DNA of 64,000 bases from Podarcis melisellensis (lineage: Eukaryota): NCBI GenBank assembly GCA_964234715.1, contig OZ174281.1; one strand, 5' to 3'. Shown here in pieces: positions 49,577 to 63,339 of this stretch. The notes below the pieces were generated by a model. It searched no databases. It was not told where the DNA came from and saw only the letters and a program-made list of their open reading frames with translations. Position 1 is the stretch's first letter, and every line of letters starts with the position of its first letter. A program made the position numbers and the translations under genes.

Positions 49577-49823
49577 GGGTGGTATTCAACTAAGTTTCAC
49601 AGTAGACCGATTGAAAGGAATGAATACGGCTAAGTTAAGTCCATTAATTTCAATGGGTCAGCTTTGTGTTGAATCGTAGAGTTGGTCATCTAGTCCAACC
49701 CCCTGCAATGTAGGAATCTTTTTGCCCAACATGAGGTTGAAACCCATGACCCTGGAAGTAAGAGTTTCATGCTCTACTGACTATGCTTTCCCAGCAGATC
49801 AGGAGTTAGCTGAATACCGACCC
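49577..49823. mobile_element. Palindromic MITE hosting a SINE
   Basis: GGGTGGTATTCAACTAA / TTAGCTGAATACCGACCC inverted ends. Confidence 0.6.
49671..49795 (-). mobile_element. tRNA(Lys)-like SINE with CR1-derived tail
   Basis: Minus strand: gctgggaaagcatagtcagtagagcatgaaactctta...gggtttcaacctcatgttgggc (tRNA-like) + cattgcagggggttggactagatgacc (CR1 3' end). Confidence 0.75.
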
Positions 49824-50364
49824 ATTGTATTGAAACTCTGTCAAGAAAGGTCAAAGATGGGGTAGTGGTTCCGTAGAAATCAGATCAAAAGAAAAGGATC
49901 TCTCTTTTATGCCAGGGATCCCGTGACTCAGAAACAGAATAGCTAAGCTTACCAGCAGCATGCTTGTTGAACTGAGACAAATGGGATGAGCAGGTCAGTC
50001 TGACGAGCTAATCAGTACTCTTCTGATTATGCTTCTAGGACATATGCCACATACTGAAAAAAGTTCATGGATGAGTGCCAACACAGAGAGACCAAGGATG
50101 TCCTGTCCTTTCCAGACTATTGAACAGAATCTTTAAAAGTACAAGTCACTGCTCCAGTCTTATTTCTGTTTTCCCCTACGCACAGAGTTTTGGAGACAAT
50201 CACCCAATGCATCTCACTTCTGAGAAGCATATGAGAAAGAGCAGCTACTCATTGTTGATTTACCACTGGGCTTCAACCTTGTTTCATCCCCTAGTGATAT
50301 AATGCTGGCTGCAAATGGGTAGCATATTTTTTTATTCTTTGCTCTTATACTTTGTTCCTACTTC

Positions 50365-50660
50365 AGCCAGGTGCTCTTGTGGGAAACTGGTTTTCTAGAT
50401 CCATTTCAATGGGGGTTTAGGCCTGGTTTGGGCACAAAATTTGCTTTGGTTGCCCTGTATGATGACCTCTGTTGGGAAAGAGACAGACAAATTGTATCCC
50501 TATTAATTCTCCTCAAACTCTCAGTGGTTTTCAATACCATCAGCCATGGTATCATTTTGGAGCAGTTGTCTGAGTTCGAGATTAGTGGCACCACTTTGCA
50601 ATGCTTCCAATCCTACTTGGATGGTTGTTTCCAGAGGATGATGCTTGGGGAGTGATCTTT
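50365..50660 (+). mobile_element. L2-clade LINE reverse transcriptase fragment
   Basis: LDPFQWGFRPGLGTKFAL...LILLKLSVVFNTISHGIIL...FQSYL matches RT subdomains QxGFR and DLSAAFDTIDH. Confidence 0.85.
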
Positions 50661-50871
50661 GTCCCATGTAGAGTGTTTCTAGTTGCCAAGCCATGGTCTA
50701 GGCATTACATTGCAGCTGAGCCAGTCAGAAGCTTTACTCAGCTACCCAGCAAGTCCACATCCAATCTGGTATGGTACCTGGTGTAGAAAAAAGCTGTAGA
50801 TGGAGGAGATGTGGCAGAAATCACCAGTCCTCCAACATGAATGGAGGAGCAAGTTGGGATCCAAACCAATA

Positions 50872-51115
50872 CAGTGGGACCTTGGTTTACAAACTTAATT
50901 CGTTTCGAAAGTCTGTTCTTAAACCAAAGCGTTCTGAAACCAAGGAGTTGCTTTCCCATAGCAGCGGAGGACTCAATTTACAAATGGAACACACTCAACA
51001 GGAAGAGAAACATGTTCTGCTTCCAAGGCAAACCAAAAAACCTATTTCTGGGTTTGCAGCGTTCTTAATCCAAGTTGTTCATAAACTAAGCTGTTCTTAA
51101 ACCAAGGTACCACTG
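50872..51115. mobile_element. Tc1/mariner (Tigger-like) MITE
   Basis: TIRs CAGTGGGACCTTGGTTTA / TAAACCAAGGTACCACTG, with TA on both sides. Confidence 0.88.
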
Positions 51116-52759
51116 TACATGAAGTGGTATGTTTCAGTTCATCCATCATCACTGGCTGTGCTAGTCCTCTATAGGAATCAAATGAACGATCTTGAAGATA
51201 ATGGAGTTTAGGCACCAAGGGAAGACTTCATCTCTGATCACATGCCTAGCTGAAGAGAGAAAGACTTCTTTGGAAACCAAACAGAGAAATATAATATCTA
51301 TCACCCCCTTCCAGCATAATATCAGGAATATACAAATTAATATTACTTATATCACTGCATAGGTATGACTGATTTTCACACAATATGTTTAGGACTCACC
51401 TGTTTGTGGCAAGTAGCAATGATGTGATTTCTTTAGGGCTGCCATATGTCCGGACATTACAGGGATTTCAAATTTGGAATGCACGTCCGGGAGGAATTTT
51501 CAAAAGGTGACGCTCAACCAGAAAGCTCAACAATCTAAGATTTCTTAGATTAGCATGAAAGAGCCTCCCAAAGAACCTCAAGACAAGGAAGCTTTTGTAA
51601 GCTGCAGATGAGCTGATTCTTTTTGTTTCTTTCAAAGAATCAATGTGTTGCAAATGACCTCTGTTGATAGGTGTTGGCTGCTGGGCTAGTAAAAATATTG
51701 ATGGGAGGTAGCTGTGGGTGTATTTTGCAAGGCTGTTTTACAAGCCATTTTCCAGCAGTATGTGTGCTTTTTATGGATCTTTAACTGTGATGTCACTAGC
51801 CATGATAAGACACAGAATTCTGTTTTCTAAGGGTTACATATGAATATCAGAAGCTTATTAACCCTGCTGAGATGCAAACTTAAGGTTAACCCTCCAGTCA
51901 TGCACAGCATTGATAAGGTCCAATGTCTGCATTTCAGTTAATAATTTTTTGTGCAAATCTTCAGTAACTTTGGTGGGACTTCCTTTTTGTTAAAAAGTTA
52001 ATGGTTACAACTCTCCTTCCTACATAAAAGCATCAGCCACTTGCACAATACTTTCAAGGAATGAGTATAATAATAATAATAATTCCTTATTTATACCCCA
52101 CCCATCCGGCTGGGTTTCCCCTGTACCTTCACTAAGAAGAGGAATGGGATAGGAAAACATGATGGTAATATTGCTTCCACCACCACATTTACCAGATACT
52201 GTTGTTACATTTATTATACAGGTAGCGACCATTTTGGGTGCATTCAATATGTGCATGACTGCACACACATGCATCATGCCAAACCTGAAAGTGACCTGAA
52301 AACGTCACTAAAAGGGGTGGAACATGGTGGGGGCAGAAGAGAGTATTTGCAGGCTTTCTCAACAGTGTTTCAAATATATGTGATTTCACTTAAACGCACA
52401 GTGCTTTGGAACATAACCCCACATAATTTGGGAATTGCCTGTATACCAGATCTACTCCCTGGTCCAACAACAAAGATCTCTGTGTGGAAACATGCTTCCA
52501 CAGGCTCCACCACTGTGGATATGTACATGCATGTCCGGTTGATAATTCTCCAGCATCGGGATGCTTATCGAGTCTCCATTTACCTGGTTATATGTGGCAG
52601 TATTACTTTTTGTAACATTTTATGCAGATGGCATATTCATCTGTGGCTCACTAGTTGTTCTCTGAGGCCAGCTGCTTGAGCTGGTTCAAAGTTTTGACAT
52701 TAGTAGTTGTAACTAGAGGTAACTGCTACATTTCCTCAAAAAGGAGTGTACCGTTAAGC

Positions 52760-53057
52760 CAAGAATGGGACAACTATGGCCCTAGAGATATTGTTGGACT
52801 CCATCCCCTATCAGCTGCAGCCAGCATGGCCAACAGTGAAGAGTGGTGGGAGCTCTACATGACATCTGGAGGGCCATTTGTACCCCATCCTGGCTTTAAG
52901 CAATGGTTAGTGTTCAATTATTAGAACAGAGGTGTGGAACATGTGTCGATCCAGATGTTGCTACATTACATCTCCCATCGTTCCTGACTTTTGGCCAAAC
53001 TGGCTAGGGCTGCTGGAGCCCAACAAGATCTGGGGATCCACACATTTCCCACCCCTA
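52760..53057. mobile_element. Two adjacent palindromic hAT-type MITEs (52760-52893, 52927-53057)
   Basis: Same family core. The first has a 7/8 TSD, cgttaagc / ctttaagc. Confidence 0.65.
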
Positions 53058-54084
53058 CATTGCAGCTAAGGAACATGCACAAAGAAGAGCTGTATCGGAG
53101 AGCACATACAGTAACAGTTACATTGGTGAATGCATTGGAAACATGGATGCACGTGGGCACAGTGGTTTTCTAAGTTTTCTCATCCTTAGTGCATCAGCAG
53201 AAACCAGGTCTTCAAAAAGGCATTGGGGGATTTAGTTTTGGGTCCAAGATGCAAGATTTCAGCAAAAGGGATTCTCCCAGCCAGAACATGGGGGGAATGC
53301 TTATTTCTGCTTTCTGCCGTACCCTTCTGTTTGGAGCTTGCTTTCGAGAGACAGTTGTTTCATGAGAACCAGGAAGAAGCTTGGAATTGGTGTCATGCTG
53401 GCTGTCATGAGGCAAAGAATTGCATGCATGCTGTTTATTATTACCTCTGCTCTAGGACTTATGAATCTTGGAAAACAAAGCAGTTATGCTTATAAATTAT
53501 CTTCAGGCTCTGCTTCATTTACTTCTCTTCCACTAGGAAATTGACCTATAAAACAGAGCCATGCATCCTGACCTGAGAAAGATGGGACCTGGTGAGCATA
53601 TTCAAACTCAGCCTCCCAAGCATGCTGAAGGATGTCCGATAATCTCACAGGCCTTTCCTGCTGAATTGGCAACCTCTCTCCTGTTGGTTACCTTCAGAGG
53701 CCATCTAAGAGAGGGAAAAGAGGAGTGCTTCTTGGAAGTGACTAACTCTGTTATGTGAGTGGACTCCCTCTTTTCAGAACATGCATTGTAAATGAATGGC
53801 TGCAGAAAATGCGCTTGGAGCATCAAAACATTTGATAATCATTACTCAGCAGCTTGCCTAAAGTCTAGCTCCTGCACCTGGCTCCTCCCTTTCTGCCCTT
53901 GGATAGTGAGAAGACTTGTGGCAAAGCGCATACTGCTAGGCAAGCCCACCTCCCTAACAATTCATAGCACTCAGAGATGCCAATAAATGTGAGCAGGGAG
54001 AACTCTATTTACCTAATCATAAATTGGACTTTGGGAGGAATATGCTATCCCAGAGTAACGCCAGGTGTCAGACAGGGTAGAAGT

Positions 54085-54229
54085 CAGTGCTTTTTTTCTA
54101 GAAAAATAGGTGCTTGTACTCACCATGGAGTTGTTACAGTAAGTGTCATACTTTTTAACAACAACAAAAAAGAGAGTTGCCGGTACTGTGTGCCCTTGAG
54201 TACCCCCAAAAAAGAAAAGAAACGCACTG
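54085..54229. mobile_element. hAT MITE
   Basis: TIRs CAGTGCTTTT / AAACGCACTG; TSD gtagaagt / gtagaagc (7/8). Confidence 0.8.
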
Positions 54230-56114
54230 GTAGAAGCATATGGGATGGAGGGATAGATAGACAGAGACTTGATATGGTAGCACAAACTATAATAAGTGTG
54301 CGTTTTGTGCTGTGAATCCCACATTTTGTGCCATGGCCAATTTTAGCTGTCGACACAGCAAACCGAGGTTACAAGTTAACACCCCCAAATCCAACATTGT
54401 CTGATCCCCTCCAAACCGATGCCGAAGTTTTGTGCTCATATGGTGCCATTCTGTTCCAGGAACCCCACATTTTGTGGTGCCCCCCCCAAATAAGTAGTTG
54501 ATACTCAAACCCTCCCAAACCTCCCAAGCATTGTTTGATTCACTCCAAAACAGAGCCAAATTTTTGGAGTACTGTAGTTTTGTACCGTTTTGTGCCATGA
54601 GCCCTGCATTTTGTTCCACCATCCAAATTGAGTAATTGATACAGCAAACTGGGGTTAGAAATGAACACCCCCAAAAACCAACATTGTCTGATCCCACAGC
54701 ACAAAAGAAAAGTTTGGCATCTGTTTGGAGGTGATCCAAAATTTCGGGAGTTAGACGTTAATGAAGCTTAGTAGGACCAGTAAGTCACATCAAATTGCCA
54801 GGGGAAAGCCCTCTACACCAAAGAAACTTCATTTTCACTCTCTACTCTGATCTCTCTGATAGACCCATTTGCAGGAATCAGCAGTAAACAATGGTCCCTC
54901 TCATATGAGCATCCATTCTCATTTGTTTGCACAGTTTGTGAGGAGTTAAATGGCATTGGCTATATACTGAGCATTCTTTTCTCTTTTTTTGTGGGAAGGT
55001 TAGATAACATTACATCAGATAAGTGCATTTTCCCATCACTTTTCTTGTAGCAAAAAGTGGGGCAGGGACAGAGTTGGTGTGCAAAAGTGCCAAATCAACT
55101 TCTGCTGCACAGCCGAAATTTGCCAGTAAGTGACTGAATCTCAACCAAAAATAGAGACAATCTGGAAGTGCTCTAAGTCAAATTCCACTGAAAATGCGCA
55201 GGATTAATTTGACCTAATGTGATTAGGGCTGGAATAGTAATAAACATTTGATCAACATGGCATTTCACTTTTTTTTTCCTTTGCAAAAAAGAAAGATCCA
55301 CACTGCTGGAAATTCTGAGCTGCATCCTTTCCAGTCTCTTTCTCATTGTCATGCTTTGTGTAACTAGCTTAGCTGATTTGACACCCACTGCACAAAAGGT
55401 TGTCCCTTCTGTTCTATCTATCTTGGATGGTATCAAGAAGAGAGTGAAAAAGCAGCACAGCTGGTAAGACAGTGATCCCAAAAATATACAAAGGCGTACC
55501 AGAGGGAATAGTCATCAACATAAAGTGAACAAGCACCCAGACTATTGATTACATGCTGCTCACAGAACACTGGGCATTTCTGCCAACTTCTTTCCACTCG
55601 TACACTGCGCTACAGACAGCATGTTGTACTTTGCATCATCAGTTTTGATGAATAATGCACTGATAAACACTGCAGCCAATATTCTGTTTGAGCTGAGAAG
55701 CCAGATGTCATCTGGACCTCCAATAGTTTTAACCCTGGGCCAGAGACAGACAGTGAAATAAACACTAGACTGCTCTGCAGAATGGGTAATTCCTAAATGC
55801 AAGATTATGTACAATATTATTGTGGACTAGAAAGCATATGGGAAATTAAGATCCATTGTAACTTGTTTCCCTATAAATGAGTAAAGAGAGGCAGATAGGC
55901 TGCTGGAACATAAATCTACCTAAATAGATGGCTAAGTCTGATCCTCATTACTATCCCTCCCCCGCCCCATCGAATTTTGACAGGGTAAGAATGCATTTTA
56001 AATATTTTAATTTTATGAGAATTAATATGTGGGATAAGAAAGGAGGCCTCGCTTAAGCCTAAACGATGGGATTCAAACTCTAAAGAATGGAAGTGTAAGA
56101 CACCTCAGTGTAAA

Positions 56115-56242
56115 CCAGCATCTCTATCCCTTCAGATGTTTTGGACTGCAACTGTCATCAGCCTCAGCAAGCATGACCAGTAGTCAAGGATGATGGGAAT
56201 TGTATTCCAAAACATTTGGACACCATCAGGTTGGGGAAAGCT
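56115..56242. mobile_element. Palindromic hAT-type MITE
   Basis: cagatgttttggactgcaactgtcatca...tgatgggaattgtattccaaaacatttg inverted arms. Confidence 0.65.
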
Positions 56243-59200
56243 AAGATATAATACTGATGGACCATCTCCTCTAGCCTTCTGCAATTCCCTCTGTACTTGA
56301 TGTACCTCTCCGACTTGAATTTCAAAGCATAGGGAAATATCTCTGAATTTAGGGAGGAGAAAGTATGGAGCAGCAGTAGTTGAAGGAGAATGCCACTTGG
56401 CTAAGGGGAAATTAAAAGAGGCACAAAGGGATCACAATCCACATTCAGAACATATGGGTCCTAGGCTGGAAAGTGGTAAATAATAGGGGTGGGGGCCATC
56501 TGTAGCAGGATAAAAGCAACAACATAATCTTGGTACTCCTTCGTAGTGCTTATCAGGAAAAAAGACCCCTGCCAGATAGAAAAGAAGCTTAAATTGTTTA
56601 AATCATAAGCAAACAAAAAGACTCCAGTACGCTCAGTCAAGGGACTTTGGTACTCTCAGTCAAGAGATTCCATGACAAATTAGAATTCCAAACATTGTTC
56701 TAGGAAGGTTTCTTAAATTTAAAAGGCCCAGTGACCCTACTGAAGTCTACAGTACTTGGGTCTAATAAATCAAAGAAATTGCTCAGAAATGGTTAACCTG
56801 CATGAAAATATGACCCCCTGAATGCTGCAAAGAGCAGTGAGCTCCCTTATGGTTTGCTCAGCCAGTATAGTATGTGAAATTTAAAAGAGAACATGTTAGC
56901 TGAAAATTATGACATTTCAAAAGTGAAATGTGTAGAAAAGCTATCTTCCTCTTGAAGGACAATTCCACTTTGCATTTTAATGATGGACCAAATTAACTGA
57001 TGAGTCCACTCAGTACTAAAGATGCCCAAACTTCACACACTAGTCCCTGATTGTATGATTGCATTCACTTTAGGGAATGATGCTGCCCTGAACCTGGCCA
57101 TATCATAGAAAGTGCAACACTATAGTTCCTCTGACCCAGGTTTACAAAATGTAGTTACCATCAATGGAAGTAAAAGAAGTACTAAGGTCCTGGGAATCAC
57201 ACACAAACTGTTTTCCAGATATGTCCAGTTTGCATACTTTTATCCCTTTGTCTATACAAAGGTGTACTCCCTACTGAAATCAATGAGACAGCCTTAGCAG
57301 ATGAAGGAATTCTACATGTGTGTTGGAACCTAGGCTGCACAGGATATTATAGGATCCGTGCTCTTGTTTGCTTGCCAAAAAAGGGGGAAAGAAGAAAAGG
57401 CACCAGTGCAAAGTCAAAGAGAGAGGAAACTGCAAACTTTCACCAAGAGTAATGAATTGTCCCAACACCTTTCAAGTCATATAACCTTTTCTGGGGTAAC
57501 ATGTTTTAACAGTGTCCAAGGAAGTCTTATAAACTGTGTCATGGTCGTTCATTTATTTCTTTGGCCAAATTTTGGAAGTAAGCAAATGTGACATCCCTCT
57601 TTCCAGATGGGAAAGCGAGTCACAATGTAATTAGGTATGCCCCACATCATGGCTGTTTCATCCATACAATCAGAGGAACACGTTTGCTCCTTGTTATTAT
57701 CAGAGGAGGGATGGGCTTCTGGAGGAACTGATGAATTAAGACTTGTGGCCTTTAAGCCCTAATTGCTCTCCTAAATTCAGAGAGAAAGAGAACAGACAAG
57801 TGGAATGGGAGCTCAAGCAAAACATCCAAGGTCATTCAGGTAATCTGTCACGAAGCAAGGAAGCTTAGCATGCAAAAGTCAGAATCAGACTTATCCTCTG
57901 CTGCATTTGAGGGGAGCTCCTCCTCATTAAACCCTCCTTTCCCAATGTCCTATTGGTCCTGGCTGCCATGCTTTGCTTAGCTGAGCAGTATCTTCAAATG
58001 TGCTTCCACTGTGAAACTAACAGTGGGGAAACAAGCAGCAAGTAACTCAAGGTTCATAACATTGCTCCTGCATTTGATTAACCGAAAAACCAATAAAAGC
58101 AGAGCACGGGAGCAGAGCACCCTTTAAAATGGCGTAAAACAATTAGGGAGAAAATGGCATAGGCCAGGGAATGCCGAAGACAAAATGGTAGGTGAAAAAA
58201 CCCCACCAACTTATATAAATAAGGAATAAGCTGTGAAGAGATACAGGAGCAGTGACTATAGTGGAATTTCAATTACCCTGACACTGATGGGTATAGCAGC
58301 AATAGAGTCATTAGAAACTGGATGCATGTTCCTAAATGTAATACAGGGCTATTTCTTCTGTTTGAAGAGCAATCAACAGGACCAGGGGCTATTCTGGACT
58401 TAGTCCAAGGAAATGAAAGTAGGTGAAATGAATAGCATGACGCTAATAAACCCTTAGGGCTATGTTATCATAATATCACCAGATTGGAAACACTTCTGAG
58501 AATATTTGTGTGAGAGTGGTTATCAAAGTACAACACTGCAAGTGGAATGAGTTGGGGGAAAGTTGATTGGAATCAACTGTTTGTGGACCATAATGGGGGG
58601 AGGGAATGTTTGCATTAGTTAAAAAAATGGAGAGCCTGACACTTCTATTTTCTTTTGCTTTAATCAAAGCTGAAATGATCAGAAAGAGAAACCAGTGCCG
58701 TCCCAGAAAGACGTGATAAAGGTATCAAAACATTTTCCTTATTCAAAAGGACAAATGCCCTCGAGACACACAAACAGAGAGAGATTTGGCAGGCTTAAAA
58801 ATGAATAAGGGAACATTATGAGAATACCAGCAGAGAACAATATGCACTGAATATTCCAATCAAAACTGATGCCAAGTTCTAAGGTATATGTGTGCAGTGT
58901 AAAAGGCAGGGAGAGGCAGAAAGGAAGCAAATTGTGAAAAAGACATAAACAGTACAAAGAAAATGATTCTCTTCACAAATTAATGGGGCAGCTATCAAGC
59001 CTTTAATCATACCAATAGTCCCAATGAATTCACTGGGCTAGAGCAATGAATACTCATCTCACCAAAAGGCTGAGGTACTTTAAGAAACAGAAAAGGAAAA
59101 AAAGGAGGGGAGGGTCACAGATTGATGCACAATGCCATGGAGGGGGGAAAGTTTCCATGCTGCTCCAATGATTTTGGTTTAATGATCAGACTTCTTAAAC

Positions 59201-61213
59201 TTTAAGTTGTTCAGGAAAAGGGAAAGAGAAAAGTTGCTTCTCCACATCAGACAAAGGGATGGCTGCCAAGACAGGGCATCTTGTGGTGGACAGAAAGGCT
59301 ATGATGTAGACAGCGGGACTTTGCTGCTGTTTCAGGAAGGAGTCATATGCCTTGGCTGATATTTGCTGCCAACTTCAACACACTCACTAACCAAAAGGCT
59401 GGGGGAGGGGTGAAGGAAAGCTAAGCATGCTTGACTAACCAGTAGATCATAACCGCCCCCCTCAGCAATGTGCTATCTAGCTGGAAGGCTTGCAATGCTC
59501 TGCTGAGTATTAGGAAGAAAATTGTGTCCTGTTGTATGTTTGTGTTTCCTCAGCTTCTTCACTGAGCAGCTTATGGCTTCAGCAGTGAAATCTGGGTCCA
59601 GACTTTCCCAATAGTTCACAAAATGTTTGACATCCCACTAAAAACTATTAGTTACATGTGCTGGCCTCATAATTCAGAATCAACTTCTAAATATCCCCAG
59701 GAGCTAAATCAATAATTTGCTTGAGAAAGAAGGGCTGATTCTGGCTTAACATAGTATACTTTTCTCTCAGGGCCTGATTCTCCAAAGGTTACATGGGCAT
59801 TGAATTCTGATATAATGTTTCCATGTATATGGACTTGACGTTTATCCTGTGAACAGAAACCAATGTGGTATCAGGAGAGGTAAGACTTCATTTTCACATT
59901 TTGATTCAGATACGAAAAGGCCTCTATTTATTTTTTTGAGACCAGACCTTACTGTGGTTTTTTTTGTTTTAGTTTTTAAACATTGTTCAGTTTCCAAAAA
60001 TGTGTATAGCAAAAGAATTCCTATAGACTTCCACACAAACTTCAAGAAACATTCCATGCACCTACAGTGTAAATGATATGGATTCTACTGCATTGACTGA
60101 GGCTGATTCATCATGATTACGGATAGAGGCCCATGCATTTCCAATGTGGCCTTCTGCTTTCACTTTTTTTGCTTTTTAAACTGCAATCCCCTCAGCTGAC
60201 ACGACCTATAGCCAGGTATGGTCAGAGATGTAGTCCAATATCCAGAGGGCTATGTGTTTGCTACCCTGGACTACTTACTAAAGGGTCAAATCACATTGGT
60301 GCAGGAGATGTGTGATTACAGATGTTACAAGAAATAATAAAAATAATGCTTGAATATGGAGTTAGGACTAGAAATAAATTCTGCTTCTTAACCTCTGGGG
60401 CCAACTTGGCCATTTTAGTCTATCATGCTAACCTCTATCTTTCTATATGGCCATCAGTGTCTGTGGGATAGCAGCAAAGGGAATACTATGCATAAGGAAT
60501 GGGTGCAGGCATGGAAGAAAGCTGCATCAGAATTTCACAGCCTTCTGGCAAGGTTCATGCTGTTTTGCAGAAGCAATCAAGCAAAGCAAGCTAACAAAAA
60601 CTAGTCAGTTGCTGGGGGAGATCTGTGTGGTGATAACCGCAGCTTCAGGGTGGATATGACATTGTATTGCCAACCGCAGTGAGTGAGCTGAACATTTAGA
60701 CTAGAAACTTTTTGTTTGTTTATTGCATTTATTCATTGCTTTTCTACAAAAAAAAGTCCTTCAGTGACTTACAAATATATGAAATACCAAAGAGCTTGTG
60801 AATCTTTTAAAATCAAATACATAATAAAACAAATATTTTTAAAGGTGTTCATCCAAATAAAAGGGACAAATCCTACCCCACCCTACTCAAAGATGAACAG
60901 AACAAACAAACCATAATGCATACTGCACTGTGATCTGAGTTAAAGCCTGGGCAAACAGGAATGTTTTAGGGTATGTTCATGTTACCACATAGTCTGCATC
61001 TAATGCACGCCCACTGACCATTTTTGAAGCTATATTCACCTGAGTGTGTTAACCACAGTGCATATTTTCTCAAAGGAGATTCAGTCCAACTAGAAAACTT
61101 AAACTGCATTCACTTTGTACTTAAGAATAGTCTCAAAAAACCTTTGAGACAGCCATCGTGCATGTGCAGATGAGTGTGCCTGCACAGGTGTCAACTTCAT
61201 GAGTAGGAGTTTG

Positions 61214-63281
61214 ATTGTTTGCTTGTTTGTTTGCTTGTTTGTTTTTATTAACTTTTCAATTTTACATCTCAAAATAGACAGCTTACATAATACCATACAT
61301 TCAATGGCTTCCCTCCTTCCCTTTCCATGGATCATTTAATTTATCTACCATTACTGCATATTGTACTATAACCATTTTATTCAGTTCTTCTAACTTACAT
61401 CACTCAAGTGTTTATTATACTGTTGAATTTACCTTAATGCTGCCAGCATTTTCAACTGTGCACAATTATTTTCTATATACTCAGCAAAAGTTTTCCACTC
61501 TTCTTTAAATACATGTTCTTCTTGCTCTCTTATTCTATACGTTAGACCAGCTAGTTCCGCATATTCTATCATCTTAAATTGCCAGTCCTCCTTACCTGGG
61601 ACCTCCCTCACTTTCCATTTTTGGGCTACCAAAACTCAGGACATCGTTATTGCATACATAAATAAGTTTTTCTGGCACCTGGGAACTTCTGTCTGAACTA
61701 TTCCTAACAAAAATGCCTCTGGTCTTTTTGGGAAAGTTGGTTTTTTTAAAAAAAATTATCTCATGATAAATCATTTCCCAATATTCTTTAAGCTTTTTAC
61801 AGATTAAAAAGTTCAATTCATTTATTTACATTTTCAACACAAATCTGATTCTACTTTATACATCTTAGCCAGTCTACTCGGGCTAAAATATCATCTATGA
61901 ATTATTTTCATGTAGCATGTGTGTAGTATGCAGTAAATTTCAAGTCATTCTTCCAAAGTTTCTCCCAAAGGTAAACCTATGTTATGTTTTATGTCCTTTG
62001 CCCAGTGTGTCATTGAAGCTTTAGCCAGCTCATCCTTTGTTTCCCATTCCAATAATAATTTATACATTTTAGACAGTAAAACTGTGAGCTTTGGTCTGAA
62101 ACCCCATTTTTCTTATCTAATTTAAACGTATCATGTAACTGGTGATACTGTAACCAATTCCTAACTTCCATTGGTTTCAGTCTGGGTTCACTCCCTGAAA
62201 GGTCCAGCAAGTCTCTATAGGTCGCCCACTGTCGATCCATATTAATTCTCTTAATTGTGGTTGCTTCAGTAGAGGATAGCCATAGAGGTGTTTTACTTTC
62301 CAGCAAATGTTTGTATTTCTTCCAGACTCTATACAAATTTCTCCTAATAATGTGGTTCATAAAACTCATAAATTTTATCTTTCCCATACCAAAGACATGC
62401 ATCCCAACCAAATTTTATGTTGTGGCCTTCCAGATCTAAAATGTGTGCATTTTCCAATACAATCCATTCCTTTAGCCAGCACAGACAAGCTGCCTCATAG
62501 TACAATTGCAGGTCTGGCAGGACAAAGCCTCCTCTTTCTTTTGTATCTATCCAAATGTTATGTTTAATTCCAGACTTTTTCCCCTGCCAGACAAATTTAG
62601 AGATATCTTGTTTCCATTCTTTGAGGCAACTTAAATTATTAACCATTGGGATTGATTGGAATAAAAGCAACATCTTAGGAAGCACATTCATTTTAATGGC
62701 TGAAATTCTACCTAGTAGAGAAAGCTTCATCCTTCCCCATATTGCCAGCTTTTTAAAAATATCTTTCCACAGTTGAATATAATTACCTTGAAATAAACTG
62801 AGATTTCTCACTGTCAGCCAAATCACCAAGTATTTAACTTTCTTACCTATTTTTAAGCCATTCACCATTTCTAAAGCCTTTTTCAACTGCTCATGTTTTT
62901 AACCAACATTTTGGTATTTTCTGTGTTTATTTTAAAACCTGCCACTTCTCCAAAGTTTTTATTTTTTTCTGGTTCCTTGGGGAGACTTACAATAGGTTGT
63001 TCCAAAGTTAACACCACATCATTCGCAAATGCTTTCATTCGACTTAATGCTATCTGCAGTTCCTACGTTGATATGGGTGCATTTAAAGTTCTCAAGTTTT
63101 CTTTAGATGCTTTAGGTATGTTGCAGTCTTTAAATAAGATTCCATTTTCTCAAGATCTTCCTTCTCACACTGATAAAATGCTGTATAAAATTTTACCAAT
63201 GCTTTCCTTATCTCTTTCGGGCTTGTCAAATGTTTCTCCTCATCAAAAATATTATTTATTATCTTATTTTTCCTTTCTTTT
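61214..63281 (-). mobile_element. 5'-truncated, internally deleted L1-clade LINE
   Basis: ORF2 remnants (AFANDVVL; KYL; LSLLGRISAIKMNVLPK; ERGGFVLPDLQLYYEAA) and an (AAAC)n-like tail at 61214-61245. 18-bp TSD ttcatgagtag[g/a]agtttg at 61196-61213 / 63282-63299. Confidence 0.9.
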
Positions 63282-63339
63282 TTCATGAGTAGAAGTTTGG
63301 TGGGGAAGCATTCTGCAATGGCAGTGAGACCAAAAAGGT

